Shown piece by piece: positions 30,054-44,906 of a stretch of 64,000 nt of DNA (within the stretch, counting starts at the first letter, position 1; each line of letters starts with the position of its first letter). Where the stretch lies: NCBI GenBank assembly GCA_053919585.1, contig CM132785.1. One strand, 5' to 3'. The position numbers and the translations under genes were made by a program. The DNA comes from Euprymna scolopes. Its lineage: Eukaryota. The notes beneath the pieces were generated by a model. That model was not told the DNA's origin. It ran no database searches and worked only from the letters and a program-made list of their open reading frames with translations.

Positions 30054-32978
30054 TGTGTGTGTGTGTGTGTGTACTATACTAAGAATATGTATAATTGATG
30101 GAAAATGACAAAACAAATGTAAGTGCACGTTACACTGTTTCAAAACAGTTTTATAAATGCTAAAAATTAAACCAAATGAAAGTGTGAGTGTGTCTAACCT
30201 TTTTGACTGTGTTCACTAGCTGTAGGTCTATATCTGCTTTGGAAGACATTTGAGACGGTTTCCGGGTGGATTATGTAATCACCAACCACATGTCCAGCAT
30301 CAGATACCCCTTCTTTTTGTGTAGGGGAGAGCGAAGAACCAAGGGTGATTAAACCTAATAACCAAAATATGTGTTTATTATAAAATATGTTCATGTAATG
30401 ATATTTTTAATGAAAATCAGATGTGTGCGTTTTGTGATTTGCTTTTACACAAAATGAGCAAAATAATACAGATTTGGAAATATGTTGAACATAAGCTAGC
30501 TTAATGTGTATAAATCTCAATAGTTAATTTATTGAACAAATTAACATAATAAAGCAAAGCTGTTTCGGCTACTTGAAACCAAACTAACCTCCGGTGTGAT
30601 CGTAACCAGCCGACTGTAAATAAGACCTAGCTTCTTCGATGTCCGGTGTCAGTTCCGAATGACCAGAACTGACACATTCGCTTAACACTTTCTCTAGAAC
30701 TTCGGGATCATTTTGGTTTTTGGCTTTATCCAATTTCTCGCGGAGTATTTCTGGTGTAATTTTTCCTGACAAGCAAAACACCAATCAATATTTAAAACAT
30801 AGCAAAACAATCCATCTAGAAAACGTCAAGAAAGAGTTCAGATCCAATGAATAGAAGATATTTCAACATTGAAACAAGAAAAGTGTGTATGATTTTAAAA
30901 AATAACTTTACATCAGTAGTTTTCGTCTTTGATCTACCTTTTTGAAAAATGGGAAAGCAACGTACAGAGGTTTTAATTTTCTAATAAAAATATATTGACA
31001 ATGGACTAAAAGTATGAAACCTCGTGTAAAAACATTGCTTTATATCTGAACTTTACTAATAAATTTAAACTTTCTTAACATTTCGTTCAGCTTAATCGAT
31101 ACGAAACTGGAAATATTCAACTATATTAAACTAGCATGTTACTCTCATATCGGAAAGTTATGCNNNNNNNNNNNNNNNNNNNNNNNNNNNNNNNNNNNNN
31201 NNNNNNNNNNNNNNNNNNNNNNNNNNNNNNNNNNNNNNNNNNNNNNNNNNNNNNNNNNNNNNNNNNNNNNNNNNNNNNNNNNNNNNNNNNNNNNNNNNNN
31301 NNNNNNNNNNNNNNNNAAATGGTATCGTCGGTTTCAAATCAATAATTTCAATTATATTTAATTTTCTTATTATTTTTTGATAATAGAATACAATGCATGG
31401 TTTTACTCCCNNNNNNNNNNNNNNNNNNNNNNNNNNNNNNNNNNNNNNNNNNNNNNNNNNNNNNNNNNNNNNNNNNNNNNNNNNNNNNNNNNNNNNNNNN
31501 NNNNNNNNNNNNNNNNNNNNNNNNNNNNNNNNNNNNNNNNNNNNNNNNNNNNNNNNNNNNNNNNNNNNNNNNNNAAGTTGTTATTGTCTAGAATATAGCT
31601 GTAAAGATAATTTTACAGCGTCTCACAGAATGAAAGCATTTCGAAAAATAAAACAGTCAATGAGGACCGCTATTATTGTCCGGTGATTTTTCTCAAGTGA
31701 CCTTTTTGAGAAAAGTATCATGTTTACGGGAACTGTCTATATGAATATATTAGCATTATGGTTATATAGTATTATTTAAATACGACTTAATTACCGATGA
31801 CTGAGATTACATGTTTATCTGTATCCGTGGTGCTTTTTATTAAGAGATGATGGTAAAATAAAAAGTTAGAATTGCATAAAATAGACGCATGAAAATAATA
31901 GAGTTATTAGAAGTGATATATTTAGAATAAGTGAATAGATTCAGAAAAAGGTGTGATAGATAAAAAGCAGAATTTTTACACTTAAATGCCAGACACTAAC
32001 CTCCACGCCCAAATCCCATACTCTCCAGAGTGTCTCTCGCTTGACGGAGATCATGAGAAAGTTCCGGATAACCAGCTTCCTCACAGTCAAGGATAGCCTT
32101 TTCCAAATGGGGCCGGCTTTTTTGTTTGATGGTGCTTCTAAGTTGCTCCGAGATCTCTTTGGGAGATTTTATTGACGCTAGTTAATAAATATTCATTTAA
32201 TGACAAATGTTATTATTTAATAAATATAAATATCTCGTGAAATACAGTTTGATATGTAATACATATCTATATGAATACATATCGCATTTATATGTATTAT
32301 TTCTATTAAGCACCTTAAAAGAATACGCGACATTAAATAATATACAATATAGTACATGTATGCTTACATATAACTATACAAGCAATCCGCATACACACAG
32401 GATTTAATAATTCCACAATGTTTGATATAGGCGAAGATTTAGAATCTTATAAAAACTGTATGTATATATACTTGATTACACTTATATGTACATATATACA
32501 TTTGACATTATTCTTAAATAACTTTCTATTATAATAACTGAATTGACAGCATATATAATTAATGGATTATAGCTTCAAAATTTGAAATATATTGCTACAA
32601 TAATAGAATGAAATTTTAATCCATGTTTCTAACCTCCTTTTCCGCCTTGCATTTTATCAAGAGCTTCTCTGGCTTGCTGAATATCATCGTCTAATTCTGG
32701 AAATCCCATTGCGACACATTCTTTAATGATGTCATTCAGTATCTTCTTATCGTTGTAACGGACAGCCTCAGTCAGTTGATCACGTAGGATTTCTGGAGAA
32801 CGCGTGCCTGGTAATCGAGTAAAGTTTATGAAAGTCAGCTATTCACAAGAGGATAAATAAATTTATGTTTATGTTTAACTATCGGAAAAATTACCAAATT
32901 AATGTATGCATTTAAGTATTTCCGGAATATAAGAAGTTCCTTTATAAAACCCGACCAATTCCGTACAAGAATAATTGC

Positions 32979-33058
<80 letters not shown>

Positions 33059-34316
33059 AGCAATAATTTGTTCTTTTGTCTGTTTGTCTAGATTACAGCA
33101 TTTCTACGTCTATTTTATTTGATATGAAAATATAGTACGATTGAAAAGCGTTATGGCATTCAATTAATTGAATAAAACGTGATATTTCCTTTACGTTTCA
33201 AGTTCATAAACTCAATCGTACTATGCAATTACTTGAATATAAAACTGTTCAGAAAATTCGGATACATCATCTTTGATCATCGAATAGACGGTCACTGTAT
33301 TTCTCAAGCTAATGACGGAGACATTTTTCTTGAATGGAAAATTTAAATTGTGTTACATGCTTCATTTTAAATCTCGGAAAATTCATCGATGTCTTATTTC
33401 AAATATGCACGAAAATATTGTCTCTCATTAATATATGAAATTCGTTATTGAAGGAAGTTATTCCTAGAAAACTCAGTTGTATATTACTTTCTGTAAAAGA
33501 CAACATTACTTAAGCAGGAGGTTAATTTTGTTTGATTTATTTTTAAATCAGTCACACTTATTACTGAAAACTAATATAAAAGAAATATAATTAAAACATA
33601 AGAATTCTACAAGCAATATATGCTAACATTGATTATATTTAACTTACTATATACTAATCAGAATAATATATAAGTATAAATTGGAAACTAGAAGATAAAG
33701 CTATACAATTTAAAGTAAAGAACATTGTGTGTTATCCTAAAATGTTCTCTGGTGATATTTATATAAGTAGAGGGATAAACTTGTCCATCTTATTTCATTA
33801 CATTATGGCACAATTATTAATTACAGAAGTTACTTAAAAATAACATTTCTAAATAAATTGCTTCGAAATAACTTAACAGTATCAACACACCTCCAAGTCC
33901 ACTTCCTAACTCGTTCAAAACATCCCTCGCTTGGCGTGTTTCAAAACCTAGTTCTGGATATTGGTAATTTTCACACTCGTATATTAAGCTGTCCAATTTC
34001 TCCGGGTCTCTTTCTTCTTTGGCCAATCTCAATTGATTAAGAAGCATTTCTGGAGATTTGACTTCTTGCAATGGATCTGTTGAAACACAACAATGACCAA
34101 GTGATAGATTCACATAAAATAATATAATACCTCAATATTCAAAGTAGCTGGTAAAAACGACCAATATATTAAGAATTTTAAGGCATTTTACTATAAATCA
34201 AATAGTGAACAATCTGATAGCAAATAAAGCCTTGAAAACTGTAAACATTGTTATCACAAGCTATAATACTACTAATAACTCTAATCATATACACACATAT
34301 ATTATTCCTAATTATA

Positions 34317-34379
<63 letters not shown>

Positions 34380-36466
34380 TTTAATGGGTGTATATACATT
34401 TCTGTATGTACAGAGTAACACATGAAAACAGAATGAAGTAAAAAATAAGATATCAATAAAATTGGATCCATACTAATATAAAAGTGTTTATCCTTTTTTG
34501 TAAAATTGAAATGACGTATTAAGAGCAAAAACAAGCAGTATAAAGCAATGTGTTTCAAACCTTTTTGAATCGGTTCATAAGACTGGGGTACGTAACTGCT
34601 CTGGAAGACGTTTGAGACGGTTTCCGGGTGGATGGTGAAATCGCTAGTCATACGTCCAGTATCGGATACTTCTGGTCTTTTAATAACGGAGCGCGCAGTA
34701 CCAAGAGTGATTAAACCTAATAACCAAAATATATCTCCATTATAAAGTTATGCCCGAGAAATATATATTAACTGATGCCACAAATTAACTAATAAGACAA
34801 TAATAGTTCGAATTGAGTAACAACTGTTAACTTTTTATAATGGTAAATAATTCCATTGCTCACAATAATATTTTCAAATAATTTGTGTTTATTCAAATAT
34901 AAGCAAATTACCAAACACTTTATGAATGTCTATTATATAAGCCAGCTCAGTGCATGTAAAGAGCAATAATAAATCTATTAAATAAATTGACATAAGCGAA
35001 GCTACTTGAAATCAAACAAACCTGCGTTACGGTTGTAATCAACCAACTGCAAATGAGACCTAGCCTCTTCGATATCTGGTGTAAGTTCTGTATGACCAGA
35101 ACTGATACATTCGTTTAAGACTTTCTCAAGGACTTCAGAATCGTTTTGTTTTTTCGCTGTGTCCAGTTTCCCGCGGAGTATGTCTGGTGTTATTTTTCCT
35201 GACAAGAAAAATATCAATGGAAATCGAAATCAAGTCAATAATTTACACTTGCCGAAAATAGAAAGAAGCTTTTTCCGATCCAATAAATGGTACAGATATA
35301 AGCATTGAAATGAATAGAGCAGAAAGGTATGCAGAGAAGAATTTGAACATCACACTTTATGACGAGCATAGTGAAAACTAACAAATCAAGGTTTAAATAA
35401 GATTTACCTTTCTCTAACAAACGATGGCGAATCAAAGATTAGATGTTCTATAAGGTTTGCCATATACAAATTCTTCAAGCTCAGTTGTTTCAATAAATTT
35501 GACTTATTACAACTTATTACGCTTACTGTTAATCATGTTAATCTATTGGTTTCTGATATATCACCAAAATTTAACAACATTGACCTTAATCAGTATTAAA
35601 ATTGGGTAATCATTTAAAAATACCAGGTGCTGTATGTATGAGGCGTCTTCATAGCCCGGCATTGTGTCTAGCCTTGAAATTGCCCTTGACACTAGCTGCA
35701 AGCAATAGCGATCCAGCAGAGATCGGATTGAATATTACCCAATCCATACTTCATAATAGACTTTTTATGCAAGCACCTTTCAGGCGGTGTCCATTGTCTC
35801 TTGTGACTTAATAGAGGCTATCTTTCTTGGGTTACCGTCAATACTTCAAAAGTATAATTCTATTGTTCTGATAAAGTTTACAATTTTTTATAATCATTTA
35901 AGCAGGACACAATTTAAAAATGAATAAAAAAACTGAGATATGAAAGTCATAATTATATTGAATTATTTATTTTACTATATTTCATGGAGATACGTATTAG
36001 AGAATTTAATATTTAACCTCTAGAAGACTGCTGCTTAAAACTGATTATCATAACACGTTTATCCGTTGCGCCATGTGCACTTATTTTTATATTCCCGAGT
36101 TCGACAAAACGTACCCGAATAAGGTAGGAAGTTACATCGGCTGAGACTATGTGAGAATAACATCCAAGATGAAAAAAATCATTAACCATGCAAACAACAT
36201 TCGGATATTGGACATGTCCGTTTCAAAACAATATACATTTTATATACATGAGAAATATTCTCTGACAATATTTCCAAAATAAATACAATTAAATAAATAA
36301 CGAGCAAGGAGAGATTTAATTGAATAACATATTTCATAAAATATTGTACATTATCTGATTTAGACAAGAATACTAAACGAGGCAAATTAAGCGTGTTAAA
36401 AAATAATCAGATTATAAAAGCTAAGCCACGATGAAAAGATGTTGATTCATCAGAATAGTAAACTAA

Positions 36467-36533
<67 letters not shown>

Positions 36534-36989
36534 CATACACTGACCTCCACGCCCAAATCCCATACTCTCCAGAGTGTCTCTCGCCTGACGGAGGTCATGA
36601 GAAAGTTCCGGATAGCCGGCTTCCTCACAGTCAAGGATAGCTTTCTCTAAATGAGGACGACTCTTTTGTTTGGCTGTGCTTCTAAGTTGTTCCGAAATCT
36701 CTTTGGGAGATTTTATCGATGCTAATCAAAAGAATACAAATTTATTAACTAATATCAGTGAATGAATATATATATTTTTGATACGTGATAATACATTAAA
36801 AGGATTATATTTAAAAGACATATATTATTATATATTTAAAACATTTTATGATATATGCAATTAATATTATTATTATTGCATCATAATCAATGAGATAGAT
36901 GTAATCAATCATATGAAGTGCAACGTTATATGAACACTTTTTAATAATACATGTATATATATATCGTTAAAGTATATAACTATACAGGT

Positions 36990-37034
<45 letters not shown>

Positions 37035-37119
37035 AAATATATATTATATATACGCATATAAGTAATTATAGATTATACACACATACATACATACATGCAT
37101 ACATCTCTCTCTATATAAG

Positions 37120-37160
<41 letters not shown>

Positions 37161-37258
37161 AGTATTAGGTCGTTATACATGAAATATCCTGTAATTCTTC
37201 ACGAGTATATTTATATGACTTCTTTTAATTTAGTTTAAACACTATTGTTCAGAATAAT

Positions 37259-37316
<58 letters not shown>

Positions 37317-37426
37317 AGTGTTCTCCTGCATTATATGTATGTTTGCATACGTTTATATTTATAATCTCTACAAGAGTATTTTTCCATCTCACAAAGATTA
37401 AAGTTGTTATTAATGTAATATCGTAT

Positions 37427-37476
<50 letters not shown>

Positions 37477-37852
37477 CATACGAATGAAATTTAAAGACAT
37501 ATAATGATGAAATTATTCATTGAATATATGTATATATCTATTTATATGTGTTTGTATTTATTAGATGTTTACAAGTATATATTAATATAGTAGCTTCTAC
37601 ATGTGAATACAAAATAATAATGAGGTATATGTATATATACATATGTCTACAATAATAATCGATATAACAGTATCTGTTTGATGTAGTTCATAAATGATGT
37701 ATTAAAACTACATCATACGTGTATATGCATATTTATGTATTATTATATCTTATATCTGTATGTAATATATGTAAGTGTATATATTGATATATCTACATTT
37801 AAACAATACTTTATTATATTAAATCATAAAATTACTTCGTATATTATTATCC

Positions 37853-37900
<48 letters not shown>

Positions 37901-39943
37901 ATACGTATAAAATTTAGATGCATATAATGATGAATTATATCTCATATGAAATTAATAATTAAATGTTTTTATTAAATTACATTTTTAAGCTTGAAACAAA
38001 ATTGCAAAAGCGATAGCATTAAGTATGAATCCATGTTCCTAACCTCCTTTTCCGCCTTGCATTTTATCAAGAGCTTCTCTGGCTTGCTGAATGTCATCAT
38101 CTAATTCTGGAAATCCCATTGCGACACATTCTTTAATGATGTCACTTAGTATCTTCTTATCGTTGTAACAGACAGCCTCACTTAGTTGATCACGTAAGAT
38201 TTCCGGGGAGCGCGTTCCTGACAAGTGAGTAGAGTTTAATCACGTCAAATAATGAATACGTTTGCAGTATATTTTGTAAATAAAAGATAATTATCTAGAA
38301 TTGAACAATAAATTATGTTCCTATTTACAATGCCTCCAAAGGGTCGTTTTTTAATGTGGAGAAAAGGGACAAAAATAAAAATTGCCTCAGTCTCTAAAAA
38401 TTTCTCCTCCACTGACAGAGAACCAGAAATTGAAGTTCAGCATCTGAAGAACAGATACTACACTTTGATCTTGATGTTAATTGACTTATTAATTGACCAT
38501 ATACAATTACTTTCTAATTAATTATCGAGAAATTAAAAAAGTTATTATGAACCATCATATTTTCTTATCATAATTTCTTAACTTTACAACCATCATGAAC
38601 GTTTTTAAGAATTTTCATGTTTACATTCAAGCAATGATGACCGCTTATACTAGTTAGGAGTCGGATAAACAAAGTCGAATAGACAGAATATGACCAACGT
38701 TCCACATTTTTCTCAACACTTTTGATGACCTTGTCCCTACTTTAATAAAATATACATTTTATATTTTTTCCGATGATTCAAAGTGTAATATATCTTCTTA
38801 TATTATACTTTATCTGTTTTCGGTTTATGAAAAAGAAATCTTTCTAAACTGGAGCAGTTTTTATTTATGTTTTTAACTCTTTTGTGTAGACTGGATTTTC
38901 ATTACATTAAAAACTTACACGATTTCTAACTCTATCCTCGTGGGAGACAAGTAAATAGAAACATACGCCATAACCTCACTTTGCATATTTTTCTATTTTA
39001 ATAAATATGTAAGGAAAAAGCGTTCATCAGATTGTACATAATAAATAATAATAAAATCTTAGTTTTTAAAATTAATGAAAGAAGTTGACGTTAACTTCAA
39101 AAAGAAATAGCTTCATACTCATTTTTATCTTTTTTGTTCTTAGTCTTTATTTTAAAATTATCAAAACCTTTTGCTTATTTAATGCCAAAATACAAGATAA
39201 ACCGATGTATTATTTCAAGTGTGTATTATAATATAACTAGCAGGAAGACCTGGTGTTGCTCGGGATTCAATAAGGACCATTACTGCATACGTTTTCACTT
39301 TGCTCATAATACGATATCATTTTCTTTCTGTTTTTTTACTACCACGTTCTCTTGTCTCACCCGCAAATATAGTAGGAAGAAACTGAAATATTGTAAAACT
39401 CTATGAATTATTATTTACGCATATGATTAAAATTTCATAAAAATTGGAAATACGCATTTGAGTTTTAATGAGGTTTTATTCCACATGGTAAGTTAGAGGT
39501 ATGCTTTATGTAAATATTCGGCACATGCAGAGTAACATAAAGATTCGGAACCACTTTCAATGATGTACGCATTATATAAAGATCGACAAAATGCGGTATG
39601 CTTGAAGATTTAAAAGTAGTCTTGTCTTCCGTTGCACACATGGTTCATGAGGATACTTTAAGATTCTAGAGCACTCCCATTGTTTTCTCCAGAAAGTTTT
39701 ATACATATGACTTTAATTTTCTGAACCTGGGAAATATTTGAAGTTTTAAGCACCTTTAAGGATTCAGAAGTACTTCCTTAAGAATTCAGAAATACTTCCT
39801 TAAGGATTCAGAAATACTTCCATTGTGTTCCATGATAAAACTTATATAAAAAATATATTTTTAGATTTTATGCAGATCTAACATTTCCTTCTATAGGAAA
39901 CATAGAAAGTTTCTAGCAAACACATACATTCATATAAACAGAT

Positions 39944-39994
<51 letters not shown>

Positions 39995-39995
39995 A

Positions 39996-40026
<31 letters not shown>

Positions 40027-41365
40027 AAACTCAACTTATAAACAATAATACGAACGTATATATATACATGTTTGTACCATTGTTTATAAAACAAAATTAT
40101 TTTATAATTAAATAGCGATAGGATTAATTAATTAATTAATTAATTAATTAATTAATAGGAAATAAGGTTGTATATTTAAATCTGAAAAACGGCTTTAGTA
40201 ATGTTTTCAATATGCGTTGAGAAAACGGAAACGTTGAATCATTTAAAAGATAGACCTATCTGATATATTCAGTATATAAATAAATTATTATTCAAAAATA
40301 TGCGTTTCACCAGAACAACATAATTGTATGAACAAACCTCCAAGACCACCTCCTAATTCATTCAAAACATCCCTGGCTTGGCGTGTTTCAAAACCTAGTT
40401 CTGGATATTGGGAGTTTTCACACTCGTATATTAATTTGTCCAATTTTTCGGGATCCTTTTCTTCTCTGGCCAATCTTAATTGCTCAATAAGCACTTCTGG
40501 AGATTTGATTTCTTGTGAGGAATCTGAATAAACACAACAATGACCAAATGATAGCTTCACACTAAGCGATATAAAGCGATAATATATGTAAAAGCTGACG
40601 ATCTAAGAATAATCATAAAATACTACATAGNNNNNNNNNNNNNNNNNNNNNNNNNNNNNNNNNNNNNNNNNNNNNNNNNNNNNNNNNNNNNNNNNNNNNN
40701 NNNNNNNNNNNNNNNNNNNNNNNNNNNNNNNNNNNNNNNNNNNNNNNNNNNNNNNNNNNNNNNNNNNNNNNNNNNNNNNNNNNNNNNNNNNNNNNNNNNN
40801 NATTAAGCAGAAAAGAAAACGAAGAACAGAAAACTAAGATTAATACCAAAGTCGTTGAGTAAAAACCAGTTCTCGACTGGGTGAATTGATACAGAAAACT
40901 CGAGGAAATTAATTGCCATCTACATTCCATAAAATCTAACGGATGTTGCTAATAATAAATTAATGAGAAAAATCTGTTGCGATAACGCAAAATGGTGTTC
41001 AACGATTATCGAAAGAGGCGGAAGCTGCTGAAAATCTTTGGATAGTTTTGTTATTTAGAATGTAATAATCATCGTGGAACAATAACTGAAAATTATGTGT
41101 CTGTAAACCCCTATTGAGTATAAAGTATAATAACCAGCCCTCCCTTAAAATCTGGCAAAGTGACAATAACTGTTTTAATTTCCTGGAGCCTGAGTAACAA
41201 AAATCTCCCCAGATTTCCACCAATTTCTCTGCTTTCGGTATTTGTTAAAAATGTTCTATGTTACTGAAAAATCAGTTCAACATTAATTGCCCTTTTGATA
41301 AACTCATTGGATTTTTCAGGAACTTGAGTGACAACGAGAGATCCAATACTCATATTTACATATGC

Positions 41366-41420
<55 letters not shown>

Positions 41421-43614
41421 AAGTAAAAGAATATATGAAGCTACTAAACAAAAATGGATGTTAAAGTTCATCATTAAACAAGCTGTTTGACAAGTATATA
41501 AAAAAAACAACAACAAAAAAACACGAAGGTTTCTAACCTCTTTGGTTGGGTTCGCTCGATTGAGGCCCGTATCTGATTTGAAAAACGCTTGTGGTTGTCT
41601 CTGGATGAACGGTGTAATCCCCAACCGTACGCCCAGCATGGAATACATCCGGTCTTTTTATAGCAGAGCGCGATGAACCAAGGGTGATTAAACCTAATAA
41701 CCAAAATGTACCTTTATTATAAACATACATCCTGCTGAAACATTTATTAATGAAAATTACACTTGTGTAGTTACGTCTAATAATTATATTTATATTGTGC
41801 CCAAGATTATTCTAATATAACAATCTTTACACATTTGGGTCAATGAGCTGATATGTGTAAAATAATATTTTAAAAAATGTGTAAAAAACAAAAAAAAACA
41901 ACAAAAAAACATTGATTTAAAATGATGGGGATAGGATATGCTTCAATAGTAAATTACAGTGATCTTCAACGGTAGTGAATATTGGGAATAGGCTTGTAGA
42001 CGAAGGAACGAAGAGAAAACTGCCACAAAAATAGAATAATTAATAAGTGATATAACTCTAAGAGTATAGTTATATGCTACTGTCACTGTCAATAGTTTTG
42101 TATAGCTGTTAGGAGAGCTGGCGAACGTAAGAATTTATACATCATAAAGATTTTCTAAAATAAAATTATCTGATTTTCATAAATAAATGTCGATAATGTG
42201 TATAGTATATTTGTTTTTGTTTTTATAGCAAAGTAACTGCGAAGTCCGCAGTTATTATTCAACCAAGCATATGTATATGTGCGCATGACTGTGTGCATGT
42301 GATGATTTTCTTATTAGTGAGTGTTTGTACTCATGGAAATACATTAATATATCAATCGATTTTCCTAAATGATAAGAGCAATAAGAATGTTATTGGGCTC
42401 ATAAAATTTGAATTATAAGAATTGAAAGTGTCCGTATGAATGTAATTATGTTGCTATGATGCAAATCCACTTCCATTTTAAAAACATATTATTTATATAC
42501 TGTAAATATATGCAATGTAAGCCAGCATATTGCATAATGATAACGATAATAAATCAATTGAACACAATCACGTAATTAAGCGAAGCTTTGCCAACTATTT
42601 GAAACCAACTAACCTCCGGTGCGGTCGTAACCAGACAACTGCAAATGAGATCTAGTCTCTTGGATATCCGGTGTAAGTTCTGAATGACCGGGACTGAGAA
42701 ATTCGTCTAACAATTTTTCGGTGACATTGGGATCCTTTTGTTTTCTGGCCTTATCCATCTTCTCGCGGAGTGTGTCTGGGCTCATTTTTCCTGACAAGCC
42801 AAACACACCAATGAAAATTGAAAAAAAAACACAACCATTTCTAGAGTCTCACACATAACAATCGTGAGGAACGAGCACATATGTTTAAAATGAAACAAAA
42901 TACATATTCACAAAATTTATTTTTACGTAAATGAAAGAAAATCTTTTTTCCTGGATTGTTTGTGTGAAAAATATTCGTCTTCATAATTTATAAAGTATGA
43001 TCATAGCCTTTTCTCCAATGTTAGCGTATGACCAAATGAATCCTTAGCGGACTACTGAATTCATACAATAAATACTGGTGAAAGAGCTCCGCTCATTCCC
43101 GTAACACCTTACTTGTAATAGTCTCAACAAACCATGTCTTTTAAAAAAAAATACGACTATATTGCATCACCAATTTCCGATTCTCATATAGAATGTTGTA
43201 TGAAATGACGGATTAAAAAGCGACAATTATTGTCCATATCAAAACGATGAGTAAATTAGATTAATATATGCACTCGTCATATACTTAAATTAAGTGTTCC
43301 AATAATTTTTATTCTTATGTTAGTCTAATTGAAACAAGCTTAATATTTTATTCATGATAGAATATGCAAATTACCAATGTACAGGAAAGTAAAGACAATT
43401 CGACAGATTCGCGCCCACATTTTATAATTATTGCTAGAGAACAAAATACTTTACTGGATTTGATCAATATTCGGATAAATATACTAACCATGAGATTTAT
43501 TATCATGTGTATGTTTATTTTAATTTTCTCAAGAGGTTATAAATTCTCTGCAAGTTCCATTCGATAAATTTATTCATGATTAATTAGTAAGATTTCCTTT
43601 TTCCAAATAAATTG

Positions 43615-43660
<46 letters not shown>

Positions 43661-43702
43661 TGTATATATATATATGTATGCATTGATATGTAAGTCTACA
43701 TA

Positions 43703-43744
<42 letters not shown>

Positions 43745-43959
43745 TATGTAGACTTACATATCAATGCNNNNNNNNNNNNNNNNNNNNNNNNNNNNNNNNN
43801 NNNNNNNNNNNNNNNNNNNNNNNNNNNNNNNNNNNNNNNNNNNNNNNNNNNNNNNNNNNNNNNNNNNNNNNNNNNNNNNNNNNNNNNNNNNNNNNNNNNN
43901 NNNNNNNNNNNNNNNNNNNNNNNNNNNNNNNNNNNNNNNTTTTTAATTATATTTTTAAA

Positions 43960-44038
<79 letters not shown>

Positions 44039-44296
44039 TTGGAGTCATCCTAATGATAAAAGAAAGAAGGAAGAAGCAGTTCACAATAATATTTTATTCA
44101 TTTATTTTATTTCGGCAAATGCCTATATTTTTCTTTCCTGTTTAACACAGGTTTCGCAACCTGTAAAAAAATAGTCTTTGATTTTATAGGCTGCGCTTTA
44201 AAGACGATTGTTTCTTAATAACAAAAGGTACACTATTCCAAACAGAACACAAAGAAAAAAAATGAACAACAAAGATAACAAGAACAGCGAGTCAAA

Positions 44297-44369
<73 letters not shown>

Positions 44370-44838
44370 TACAGAATAGAAGAATAAAAAAAATAAAATT
44401 TCAAAAATATAAATTAAATACAAATGAATATTAAAGCGCGTTCTTCTTTCGAAAGCAATTTGGCAAATATCAACAAGAAAATAATATAAAGATGAATGTT
44501 CCTAACCTCTTTGGCTGGGTTCACTAATTTGGGATGCGTATCTGCTCTGGAAGACGTGCGGGGCGGTTTCTAGATGGACGGTGTAGCCACCAACCGCGCG
44601 TCCAGCGTTGGATATATCTGGTCTTTTAATAACAGAGCGCGGGGAACCAGGGGTGATTAAACCTAGTAACCAAAATGCATCTCCATTATAACAAGCAACT
44701 TGTCTGTTGTAAATATTCATAAAAACTACACTTTTACATGTACGGTTGATCAAATAGCATGTTTTTCTTTTCATTTCTCTTAAACACTAGCCGAGCGTAG
44801 TTATATTTAACCATCTATGATAATGTTTTTACGTATAT

Positions 44839-44906
<68 letters not shown>

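Noticed and set aside
43680-43767. Perfect inverted repeat around (TA)n
   Set aside because: It abuts an N gap and is centred on a self-complementary microsatellite; likely an assembly artefact.
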